From assembly GCA_035557795.1 (NCBI GenBank), contig DATMDM010000166.1, forward strand, positions 2,735 to 66,734: a stretch of 64,000 bases of DNA. Direction: 5' to 3'. Below the pieces are notes generated by a model. It was not told where the DNA came from and did no database searches. It saw only the letters and a program-made list of their open reading frames with translations. Shown here piece after piece: positions 8,526 to 16,712 of this stretch. The first letter of the stretch is position 1; each line of letters opens with the position of its first letter. This DNA is from Thermoplasmata archaeon. GTDB lineage: Archaea > Thermoplasmatota > Thermoplasmata > RBG-16-68-12. A program made the translations under genes and the position numbers.

Positions 8526-9276
8526 GACCGCGAAATCTCTATACGCCCGACGGGGCCTTATCCTCGCCATCGGGATGGGCGACGACGAGACGCGCAAGGC
8601 CTTTTTGAAAGGCTTCGAAGACGGCCTGAAGGCCGCGTGGCGAGAGATTGCCTCCCTGATGAGCCGTGGATATTCGTCGACGGAGCTGATGGTGTTCGCG
8701 AAGTCGAAGATGGCCGTCCTGTACCGCGACGTCGAGGCGATGGAGGCCCGGCTGCTCGACGAAGAGGGCATCCCCGTCGTGGGAGGCGGCGAAATGGTGG
8801 CGAGGAAAGACCTCCGCCGTCGTGGCGCATACCTCGTCCGCGAGCCGAAAGCGGAGCGCGTGTTCGAGTTGTTCGGGGATCTCCTCCGGGGCGAGGCGCG
8901 TGGCCTCTGCATTACCCGGATCCATCCGGACGACGCGCGCACGCGCTACGGCCTCGAGACCGCAGGTTTCATCTGGCTCTCGAAGTCCCCCGGTCAGAAA
9001 GGAAAGGACATGGCCATCGCCGAGCCCACGGCCCTCGTCGACATCGCGTCCGCGATCTCCGAGTTCGCCTCCGACGGCGGGAACGCCGCGGTCCTGCTCG
9101 AGGGGCTCGAGTATCTGATCTCTCAGAACGGCTTCCCGTCCGTGATGCGATTCCTCCAGAACGTCAACGAGAAAATCGTGATCAACGACTCGTACCTCTT
9201 GATTTCCGCGAATCCCGCGGCGATGAAGGAGCAGGAATACACCGTCCTCGCCAAGGAAGTCGCGGGCGAGGTCTGA
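8518..9276 (+). CDS. DUF835-domain protein
   Basis: The C-terminal ~100 aa (LLEGLEYLISQNGFPSVMRFLQNVNEKI) match the archaeal DUF835 pattern. Confidence 0.45.
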   Translation: MAETAKSLYARRGLILAIGMGDDETRKAFLKGFEDGLKAAWREIASLMSRGYSSTELMVFAKSKMAVLYRDVEAMEARLLDEEGIPVVGGGEMVARKDLRRRGAYLVREPKAERVFELFGDLLRGEARGLCITRIHPDDARTRYGLETAGFIWLSKSPGQKGKDMAIAEPTALVDIASAISEFASDGGNAAVLLEGLEYLISQNGFPSVMRFLQNVNEKIVINDSYLLISANPAAMKEQEYTVLAKEVAGEV

Positions 9277-9280
9277 CGGA

Positions 9281-9904
9281 TCAACGGGTCGACACCGCCG
9301 CGACCTTCGCGGTCTTGCGTCGCGCGACGCGCTCCGATTGCATCAAGGAGAGGAGCACGAGCACGGTCAGCACTTCGACGACTTTCGAGATGACACCGAG
9401 CGCATCGAGATCCTCGACGTATCCAATCGGCCACACGGAAACCGTTCGGGTGACGATATATGCCGCGATCAGGAACGCGGTCATTCCGAGCCACGCCCAA
9501 TCCAGATCCTTGTGGGCGTAGGGGATGAGGAAGGCGGCCGCGAGTTGGAGACCCGAGAACACGCCGAAGAACGCTGCCGGGAATGCCTCTCCCAGATGAT
9601 CGTTGAGCGCGTACAGGTGGAGGGACCCGTCGGCGAGGAAGAGGAACGAGACCAGGTACCGCTTCGCCATCTCGCCGTCACTCAGGATCTCCGGGAAGTT
9701 GTCGTACGCGACGCCGATCGTGGCGAAGGCGACGCCGAACATGGTGAGGAAGATGCGCAGCTGAAGGGTTCCCGTGCTGTGTCCGCCCGTGACCGTATTG
9801 AGCTCGAAGACGCCGAGGAGGTCCGCCAACCAGCCGACGATGATGACGAGGAACCCGCACACGAAAAACGACAATTCCGTGATCGTCGGCTTCTCGCGGC
9901 GCAT
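9281..9904 (-). CDS. Integral membrane protein (hypothetical)
   Basis: Multiple hydrophobic helices. The listed ORF runs to 10087 and would overlap tRNA-Glu, so it is trimmed to internal M62 (MRREKPTIT). Confidence 0.4.
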   Translation of the reverse strand: MRREKPTITELSFFVCGFLVIIVGWLADLLGVFELNTVTGGHSTGTLQLRIFLTMFGVAFATIGVAYDNFPEILSDGEMAKRYLVSFLFLADGSLHLYALNDHLGEAFPAAFFGVFSGLQLAAAFLIPYAHKDLDWAWLGMTAFLIAAYIVTRTVSVWPIGYVEDLDALGVISKVVEVLTVLVLLSLMQSERVARRKTAKVAAVSTR

Positions 9905-10011
9905 TCCCGGCCGCCGAAGGTGGTTGCGTCCAAGAAGTTTCCGGTTTTTGCGCCTCCAGTGAGTTTCGTTTCCAAAAGCATTTATGGGATTCGGGACTAA
10001 CCCGGCTTTCC

Positions 10012-10086
10012 GCTCCCGTAGTCTAGTCCGGTCAAGGATCGGGGCCTTTCGAGCCTCAGACGCGGGTTCGAATCCCGCCGGGAGCA
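10012..10086 (+). tRNA. tRNA-Glu(UUC), CCA not encoded
   Basis: GCTCCCG acceptor pairs with CGGGAGC. Anticodon loop CTTTCGA. T-arm GCGGG-TTCGAAT-CCCGC. Discriminator A. Confidence 0.85.
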
Positions 10087-10206
10087 TGCTATTTTATATC
10101 ACGCGGCTGGTCGATGCTTGTTGAGTTGAAACAAGGAGACGGCAGGCTTATGCGGTCACCCTCGGTAGCTCAAGGAAAAGCAAGTCACTAGGGGTAGGGA
10201 ACCGCT

Positions 10207-11100
10207 GTGGATCTTTACGGACCGGGTTTCGAAGAACCCTTCGCGCTGGTCAAACGGCGCATATTCCGAACCGGAGTCCTGCAGGGGCTCCTCTTCGTCG
10301 CTGGAAGTCTTCCAACCGCGGTTGCGGGCGCAATCTACGGACTTTCCCCGGTCTTGGCGATCGGGATCTTGGGACTCGTCCTGAGTCTCTTGCCGTTTTC
10401 GGGCGCCGTTCGCATCTATCGCCGGCTAAGTGACCCGAGGGTAACGTCGGATGGGGTATACCTCCCGCTTCCGAAACGGTTCCTCGAAGGAGGATACCGT
10501 GTGCCTTCGGAAGCAATCGCCGGGGCTGAGCTCCACGAATCCCCGCCTAAGGCGTTTGTGAGCTTCGAGGTGAACACGGCAGAGGGTAGGCGGACGGTTG
10601 CCATCGAGAAGGGCCTGATCGTCAGCTGGCCTGCCTTCGTCCGGGCTCTCCATCTCCTCGGGATCAAGGGCGTCCGCGCACCGCACTCACCGCGGCCAGT
10701 GTCTGTGTTTGAGGACATGTTCAATCGATCGGGACGCCGCCGGTTGACGTACCTTGGTTTCGTCGGAGGCTTGGCCTGCAGCATTGTGGTCGGATTTTCC
10801 CTCAGGGTGAGCTTTACGCTCGTGGCGTTTGCGTTCTCGTCGCTTGTTTCGGTGCTAGTCGTCGCCCTTGCGCTTCTCTTAGCCCGGCGCGTTCCTCTTC
10901 ACGTCCAAGTCGATGGGCAACATGTTTCGATCCGGTTGTTCGGGCGGTCAAAGCCAGTCCGGTTGCAGCTCCCGCAGATTCGAGTTGGGGCCGCTTGGGT
11001 GACAAGGTTGTCCGGTGGTTCACAGGTAACGTACGGTCCCCTGGACTCGGAAATCGTTCGTCGTTTGGAGTCCGTTGCAAGGCCGGAGGGAGACACTTGA
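10207..11100 (+). CDS. Membrane-anchored protein, paralog family A (N-terminal TM helices plus C-terminal soluble domain)
   Basis: 297 aa. Same architecture as the 13202 and 13915 ORFs. Confidence 0.4.
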   Translation: MDLYGPGFEEPFALVKRRIFRTGVLQGLLFVAGSLPTAVAGAIYGLSPVLAIGILGLVLSLLPFSGAVRIYRRLSDPRVTSDGVYLPLPKRFLEGGYRVPSEAIAGAELHESPPKAFVSFEVNTAEGRRTVAIEKGLIVSWPAFVRALHLLGIKGVRAPHSPRPVSVFEDMFNRSGRRRLTYLGFVGGLACSIVVGFSLRVSFTLVAFAFSSLVSVLVVALALLLARRVPLHVQVDGQHVSIRLFGRSKPVRLQLPQIRVGAAWVTRLSGGSQVTYGPLDSEIVRRLESVARPEGDT

Positions 11101-13193
11101 GCCTCTCAGGTGGTTCGCGGTTCATCGCGATCCTTGGCCTCACTGTTTCGATCAGCCGCAACACAGTTGAAGGCGCGTGGCTTGGGCTCGTAATGGCTGG
11201 GATTGGTTTGCTCATCACAGTTGCCAACCAGGACATTTTTGACCTCAGCCCTGTTTCTCCTTTAAACGCCGTTGAAGAGGTTGTGAGTACGGTGGCGGTC
11301 GGAGCCGCCGTCGCGGCGTACTGGTGGACCACGCCGCCGGGGACCCGAAACACCGTGCAGGGGCACTACCTGTCCGTCGACGTGCCGGACGATTCGACGT
11401 CCGTGAACATCACGCTGCAGATGTGGTCCTACGACTCCAGCGGACACAACCAGCACTCGAACATCGCGATTGCCCAGGATTGCGAGACGGTCGGGGGCGT
11501 CCTCGTCTGCTATGATCGGTACGGTCCGGTGACGTTCCAGTACTACCTTCAGGCGCCATACCACTCCACGTGGTACAACTTCTCAGGCCACGACGGCGGC
11601 AGTCTTCAAGCCCTTCCACTCACCGTCATCGTCTCGACGATCGTGCCGTACCGGATCGGCACGTCCCTCATCGTGCCGGCAGACTATTCGGGGATTTACA
11701 ACGTCACCGATTCCCAAGGGAACATCCTCGCGCGGCGCTACACGGGCGAACCGCGGTTCGTCGCGCTCCTGCTTAACGTGACGTCGATTGCGGGCACGGA
11801 TCCGGAGGCGATCCTTGTCCCGCGGTCGTTGTTCTTCTCGACTCTCCTCTACTCATATCTGAACTCGACGAGTCCGCCGACCCTCGTGAGCCAGCTCTCG
11901 TATGGGCAGAACGCTACGACGGCGTCGGCGAACGCGGACGACCTGCAGGAAGTCCTCTACGGCAACGTCACCCTAGACGACTTCCTGACGATCGTCGACG
12001 ACCTCGAGGTCAACGCGTCCGGTGGGACGATCGGCCGATCGTTCGTCTTCTCGATCAACGACGAGGTCGCAGGGAACCCGCTCTTCTACTCCCTCCCCGA
12101 CCGCGTCGTGCGGCTCGTCGGCTACCTCCCGCCCCTGACGGCTTCCTCGTGGTCGTACACGTTCTGCACGTCGTCTTGCGGTCAACCCACGCAGAGGCCG
12201 TGGTGGGAAGCCGTCTGGAATGGCTTCGTGTCGGTCGTCACGGGCGTGGTGCAAGCGGCGATCGTCATCGCCGCGACCGCATTCAAGGCGATCAGTACCG
12301 TCCTCGCGCAGGTCGGCGCGTGGCTCGTGGCCGCCGGGAACGCGGTCAAGAGCGCGGTGCAAGCGGCGGCGAAAGTGCTGGGACAGGTGCTTGAATTCGT
12401 TACGTTGCTCGTTAGGCAGATGGTCCAAAAGCTCATCGGTCCGCTACTCGCCGGGCTGAGCGAATCGACATCTGAGACACGCCTATCGGTCCAGAGCGCG
12501 TACCCCTCAGCCCTACGGCAGTACCAAACCATGGGCTCTCTCGACCCTTCTACGATTCAGGGGCTCGTCAACGTTCTCGCCGGGAAATACATCTGGATCC
12601 TCCTCGGGCTGAGTGCCGCCGTCGTGGCGATAGGAATTGCTCTCTACCCGATCGCACCAATTGGTTTGGCAATCATGACCGTAGCGGGCGCTATCGCGGG
12701 TGCGCTACTCTTCAAGGCAATTACCGGCGTCGACTTCGCGCTGCCGGCGAAGACTCCGTCCGTTGGACTCATGAACCCATTCAGCAGTAGCGTCTCCGAG
12801 ATTGCCTTAGCCTACGCCAACGCGGTGAGTCCGGACCCACAACTTGCCGACGAGCGGAAATCTGAGGCGGCTCTGGCGTCTATCGTTTTCGGTGCCTTCG
12901 CGGGATTCATCGGTCTAGCTGCCCTCTCAGCGGTCGATCCCACCGGTACCACTATCGCCCTCGCCGGAGTGGTCATATCAGCTGCAGGAGCTCTCTTGGC
13001 AGGGGCGGCAGTGCTTCCTGGAGCATCGGGCCTTGCAATTCTCGCTCTAGGGTTCGCGTTTTCTGGTTTCGTGGCCGCCCTCGCGGGCTTGGCGGCCTCA
13101 TACATCGCCGGGAATTCTGGCGCCGTCTTCGCGGGTTGGATCAGCTTCGATTTGTCACTCGGGTCGATTGCTTTCGCGATAGTGGCTTTGTGA
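11097..13193 (+). CDS. Large predicted membrane glycoprotein (N-terminal TM hairpin, sequon-rich ectodomain, C-terminal Ala/Gly-rich multi-TM region)
   Basis: ~698 aa from a TTG overlapping the upstream stop. At least 8 N-x-S/T sequons. The C-terminal ~250 aa are strongly hydrophobic and A/G-rich. No catalytic motifs. Confidence 0.45.
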   Translation: MSLSGGSRFIAILGLTVSISRNTVEGAWLGLVMAGIGLLITVANQDIFDLSPVSPLNAVEEVVSTVAVGAAVAAYWWTTPPGTRNTVQGHYLSVDVPDDSTSVNITLQMWSYDSSGHNQHSNIAIAQDCETVGGVLVCYDRYGPVTFQYYLQAPYHSTWYNFSGHDGGSLQALPLTVIVSTIVPYRIGTSLIVPADYSGIYNVTDSQGNILARRYTGEPRFVALLLNVTSIAGTDPEAILVPRSLFFSTLLYSYLNSTSPPTLVSQLSYGQNATTASANADDLQEVLYGNVTLDDFLTIVDDLEVNASGGTIGRSFVFSINDEVAGNPLFYSLPDRVVRLVGYLPPLTASSWSYTFCTSSCGQPTQRPWWEAVWNGFVSVVTGVVQAAIVIAATAFKAISTVLAQVGAWLVAAGNAVKSAVQAAAKVLGQVLEFVTLLVRQMVQKLIGPLLAGLSESTSETRLSVQSAYPSALRQYQTMGSLDPSTIQGLVNVLAGKYIWILLGLSAAVVAIGIALYPIAPIGLAIMTVAGAIAGALLFKAITGVDFALPAKTPSVGLMNPFSSSVSEIALAYANAVSPDPQLADERKSEAALASIVFGAFAGFIGLAALSAVDPTGTTIALAGVVISAAGALLAGAAVLPGASGLAILALGFAFSGFVAALAGLAASYIAGNSGAVFAGWISFDLSLGSIAFAIVAL

Positions 13194-13201
13194 GGTGAGG
13201 A

Positions 13202-13627
13202 ATGTCGGAGTGGGTGATTCTGACCACGGAGCGGTTTATCCGAAGGCTCCGCTTGATTTACCTCGCGGCCGCCATTGGACTAGTAATCGTCGCCATCCTT
13301 CTGTGGTTGTCCACGCTTAGTAGTCTGGCTGTGATTTCCGGGGCCGCGGCTTGGGCGGTCACGGTTGCGATCGCGGTCGCGAATTACAACGCGAAGCGAG
13401 GAGTCCCATCACGCGTAACTTTCGAGGAATCAGGCATTCGAGTCAGGTACCTGACCGGAAAGGAAAGGGGCATCTCATGGGTCGAAATCGAATCGATTCG
13501 CAAAGTCTCTTCAGGACCGTTGATTCTCAAATTGAGGGGAGGCGCGCCATTAACAATCCGCACTTCCAGAGACGAAGCCGCCATGGCCGTCTCTCTGTTT
13601 CAAGCCCATCAGATTCCAGTTACCTAA
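13202..13627 (+). CDS. Membrane-anchored protein, paralog family A
   Basis: 141 aa. Two N-terminal TM helices, then a ~70-aa soluble domain. Confidence 0.4.
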   Translation: MSEWVILTTERFIRRLRLIYLAAAIGLVIVAILLWLSTLSSLAVISGAAAWAVTVAIAVANYNAKRGVPSRVTFEESGIRVRYLTGKERGISWVEIESIRKVSSGPLILKLRGGAPLTIRTSRDEAAMAVSLFQAHQIPVT

Positions 13628-13899
13628 TGAGTCCGCCAAACTGGCCGGCGATGCCGCGACTTAAGCTCACAGGGTTCACAGTGGCAATCATCGGCCTGTT
13701 CGTTTCTCTGAACAGCAACACAATCGAAGGTGCATGGCCCGGGCTCGTCCTAGCTGGGATTGGTTTGCTCATCACAGTTGCCAACCAGGACATTTTCGAC
13801 CTTAGCCCTGTTTCTCCCTTGAACGCCGTTGAAGAGGTTGTGAGTACGGCGGCGGTCGGAGCCGCCGTCGCGACGTTGGCGGCAGACTATGGGCGGTAA
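13627..13899 (+). CDS. Truncated paralog of the N-terminal TM hairpin of the 11097 glycoprotein
   Basis: MSPPNWPAMPRLKLTGFTVAIIGLFVSLNSNTIEGAWPGLVLAGIGLLITVANQDIFDLSPVSPLNAVEEVV aligns residue for residue with the start of the 11097 ORF. About 121 bp are ~95% identical at nucleotide level. Confidence 0.35.
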   Translation: MSPPNWPAMPRLKLTGFTVAIIGLFVSLNSNTIEGAWPGLVLAGIGLLITVANQDIFDLSPVSPLNAVEEVVSTAAVGAAVATLAADYGR

Positions 13900-13914
13900 C
13901 CAGGGAAGGTCATC

Positions 13915-14472
13915 TTGTTGACAGCGAAGCAAGGTTCGCTTGTCAAGCAGACAGAACGCGCTTTTCGAGGAGGTGGCTTAGGCGTTCTCGTGGCTTCTGC
14001 AATCGTCTTGCTTGTGGCGCTCGGCCTTTTCCCCGGAATTACCCTGCGACCGATTAGCGGGTCAGAGACACCAACGAAAGTCGCCGCGCTCGTCGCGTTC
14101 GCGGCTGGAATTCTCGTCGGCCTCGTGCTTCTCGGGTATTCGTACCGCGGGTTCGAAGAAATGACTCTTGATGCGAACGGTGTAATCTTCCCCATACGCT
14201 CCTTGGGCAGAATGGTTCGAGGGCTTCGACAGGTCGTCCGCTACTCCGACATCAGTGAGGCTCACTTCCTCGTGAACACGAAAGGGGTTCCACTGGTCGA
14301 ACTGAGGGTTCGCTCGCCTGCGGGAAGGACCCGACTCCTTCGGTTCGCCACCAGCTGGTCCTCGAATCCCGACCGTTTCATCGAAACCCTTTCGGCGCAC
14401 GTCCAAGTCAGCAAAGTGGTGGGCTGGGAGCAGCTGTGGTTCGAATGGCGCTCAAAGGCAAAGCGTCAATGA
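13915..14472 (+). CDS. Membrane-anchored protein, paralog family A
   Basis: 185 aa. N-terminal TM helices, then a soluble beta-rich domain. Confidence 0.4.
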   Translation: MLTAKQGSLVKQTERAFRGGGLGVLVASAIVLLVALGLFPGITLRPISGSETPTKVAALVAFAAGILVGLVLLGYSYRGFEEMTLDANGVIFPIRSLGRMVRGLRQVVRYSDISEAHFLVNTKGVPLVELRVRSPAGRTRLLRFATSWSSNPDRFIETLSAHVQVSKVVGWEQLWFEWRSKAKRQ

Positions 14473-14628
14473 CTCCTACGCCTGCCTAGGCCCCGCCAAC
14501 GACTCATGGGAGAAACTCCTGATCCATCACCTAGCGTTGCGAGTGCCACGCCGGCCGCGGAAATCCGGTTTCCTGTTGAACCGGTCGTCGCATGACGCTT
14601 GCCGGAGGGACACGCTAACGCGCTGCCG

Positions 14629-14760
14629 TGGAACCGGCTACAAGTACGGCTTCAGAGCCCAATCGTAGAAACTTTCCACTGGCATATCTCTTGATGGGCT
14701 TGCCGGGTTTGCTTGCCAATAGACCGACTTCCCGCCGGGAGCATGCTATTTCATAGCACG
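14629..14760 (+). repeat. att-like direct repeat copy 2 (conserved ~100-bp leader plus tRNA-Glu 3'-end core)
   Basis: ggaaccggctacaagtacggc...tttccactggcatatctcttgatgggcttgccgggtttgcttgccaatagaccgacttcccgccgggagcatgctattt. Confidence 0.6.
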
Positions 14761-14930
14761 CTTACGGTCGAGTTCAGCGACTCCTTGCTCGGCTTTTTTG
14801 CAACCATCGGCGGCTGACGCATCGCGCAGGAGGAAGCAGACACTGATACCCGGTGCTCTACCTCCTGGCGTAACGTCGGAGAGGATTGATGCGTCCACGC
14901 AACGATGCGGACAATCGCCGATCCGATCGT

Positions 14931-15347
14931 CTAAGATGAGCGGACCACTTCCGGACTGAAGGCCTGGGTGAGCTGCAAGAGCCGGTCGTAGGCGGTTCGG
15001 TGTCGCAGCTTGATTGTAATCGAGTCTCCTTGATCGGGCGTAATCGTCATATGTCCGACCCCCAAACCCGGCTTCTTGAGCTTGATGCGGCGTATTTGGT
15101 CCTTTGCAATATCGAACTCCTTTAACCGGTCGAGGTCCTCGATCACCTTGGCGCTCTCCTCAGGAGATAGGTTTGGCATGAGCTCGCCTTTGATGAAGCC
15201 GGCTAGGGTGCCGCCGAGGGCTCCACCGCCGTGGCTGCCAAGGTCGATGCCGATCACTCTAGTCGTCGTGAAGTACAGCCCGTATCCGACGTGGAATCCC
15301 TTTTCCAGGAAGCCGCCCGCGAATCCTCCAAGAAACGTCTCTCCCAT
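14931..15347 (-). CDS. Hypothetical glycine-rich protein
   Basis: Trimmed to internal M (MGETFLGG). No known motif. Confidence 0.3.
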   Translation of the reverse strand: MGETFLGGFAGGFLEKGFHVGYGLYFTTTRVIGIDLGSHGGGALGGTLAGFIKGELMPNLSPEESAKVIEDLDRLKEFDIAKDQIRRIKLKKPGLGVGHMTITPDQGDSITIKLRHRTAYDRLLQLTQAFSPEVVRSS

Positions 15348-15424
15348 GTTGGCGTCCAGTCGGCTCCACTCGGGTGTCGGCAGAGTCCGCACGGCTACGT
15401 TCGGGCTTGAAGCTTGTGTTTCAA

Positions 15425-15507
15425 GGATTCGAACCTCTTCGCGAGCGGAGCCCGACATCGTACGACGGCGAACCGATGTTCAGCTCCTGGCGTGAGGTTC
15501 GAATCCC
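15425..15507. repeat. Inverted repeat with tRNA T-arm-like arms (ggattcgaacctc ... gaggttcgaatcc); possible tRNA-derived fragment or structured RNA
   Basis: 13-nt perfect inverted arms ~57 nt apart, with extra internal complementarity (ggagc/gctcc). Neither arm folds into a valid T-arm or cloverleaf. Confidence 0.35.
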
Positions 15508-15674
15508 GTGAGGTCCGCACCCCATGGGATGACCGACAGGCAACCGACAGTCCTCGATTTCTGGATGATCCATGCCTCGGGATCCTCTTCCCGGGAAGAT
15601 CCACGAAATTGCGCGACAGTACCCGCGGGCGTTCTCGGTCAAGCGCCATATAATGGACGCGTCGTCTCCTGTCC

Positions 15675-16274
15675 GTGCGCAGAGTCCAGGCCACGACCGG
15701 TCCGATCACGGACCGGGGGACGAAAGGCTCCAGGACAGTACAAGCGGCCTTCGTGGCAGGCGCTACTGGGAAATGGAAGGTCGAGAGACTAGAAGCTATC
15801 CGCGGGCCGCCGTTGGCGAAGGCCAGCCACTTGGAGGTCAGCCTCGGACTCAAGACAACTCCGCAGCACGCTGCGTGGATACTCCGCGGGATCACCAGCC
15901 ACGAGCGTTATGCAACACGGTCCGAGCACGACCGTCTCGCCGCCGTGCAACCCCCTCTTGAACGGGCGGGAGCGACAGGAGCCGCCCTCATCCCCATCGC
16001 CAAGTCAGCGGAATGGTGGGAGCTGCCCCAGGACGAACGACGTGCGATTCTCGAAGAAGACTCGCACCATATCGCGATCGGCCTCGAGTACCTCCCTGCG
16101 ATCGCCCGACGCCTCTACCATTGCCGCGACCTTGGCCAGCCCTTTGACTTCCTGACATGGTTCGAGTACTCACCCTCCGATGCGGCCTCGTTCGAGCAGC
16201 TCGTAACGCGGCTTCGCAGAACGCGAGAATGGGAGTACGTCGAACGCGAAATCGACATCAGGCTCGCCCGCTAG
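15675..16274 (+). CDS. Chlorite dismutase (Cld/HemQ/DyP) family protein, island-borne copy
   Basis: The C-terminal EWWELPQDERRAILEEDSHHIAIGLEYL...FDFLTWFEYSPSDAASFEQLVTRLRRTREWEY matches the Cld/HemQ C-terminal pattern. The start is uncertain; it may lie further upstream. Confidence 0.5.
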   Translation: MRRVQATTGPITDRGTKGSRTVQAAFVAGATGKWKVERLEAIRGPPLAKASHLEVSLGLKTTPQHAAWILRGITSHERYATRSEHDRLAAVQPPLERAGATGAALIPIAKSAEWWELPQDERRAILEEDSHHIAIGLEYLPAIARRLYHCRDLGQPFDFLTWFEYSPSDAASFEQLVTRLRRTREWEYVEREIDIRLAR

Positions 16275-16435
16275 GCACGGTTCAGGCCTTGTCTGTCGGT
16301 GTAGCGCTCGTCACCGGCTGGAAAGGGTACGGGCCTGCTGGGATTCGTCTCAATCCATGTGATCGCACTCGGTCACAGAGGACTAAGTTCCGCCTTCGAT
16401 CGGGTGGCGTTATGGAAAGCGATGATTCCCGTGCC

Positions 16436-16570
16436 GGGAACCGGCCGTAAGTACGGCTTCAAAGCCTGTCGGTAGAAAACTTTCCACTGGCACATCTCTT
16501 GATGGGCTTGCCGGGTTCACTTGCCAATAGACCGACTTCCCGCCGGGAGCATGCTATTTTGTGACACGCC
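16436..16570 (+). repeat. att-like direct repeat copy 3
   Basis: Same leader plus core as copy 2, with about 85-90% identity. Confidence 0.6.
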
Positions 16571-16712
16571 GCATCATTCGCCGCACGCGCGAAATGTTTC
16601 CGACACCCGCTTAATCGACTTCGGTTGCCGACCTACTCGCCCGGTGTGCCGAGTACACGCGGTTTCTGATAAAGCCCAACTTTCGCTCCGGACTCCAGCC
16701 ACCCGGGCTCAG

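Noticed and set aside
9281-10087. Full-length 268-aa call overlapping tRNA-Glu
   Set aside because: The N-terminus is a translation of the tRNA (MLPAGFEPAS...). Trimmed to internal M62.
15421-15642. Possible complete tRNA gene(s) at 15420-15510, suggested by GGTTCGAATCC motifs and GSNP-type translations
   Set aside because: The T-stem does not pair and no acceptor or anticodon arms can be built on either strand. Reported as an inverted repeat or tRNA fragment instead.
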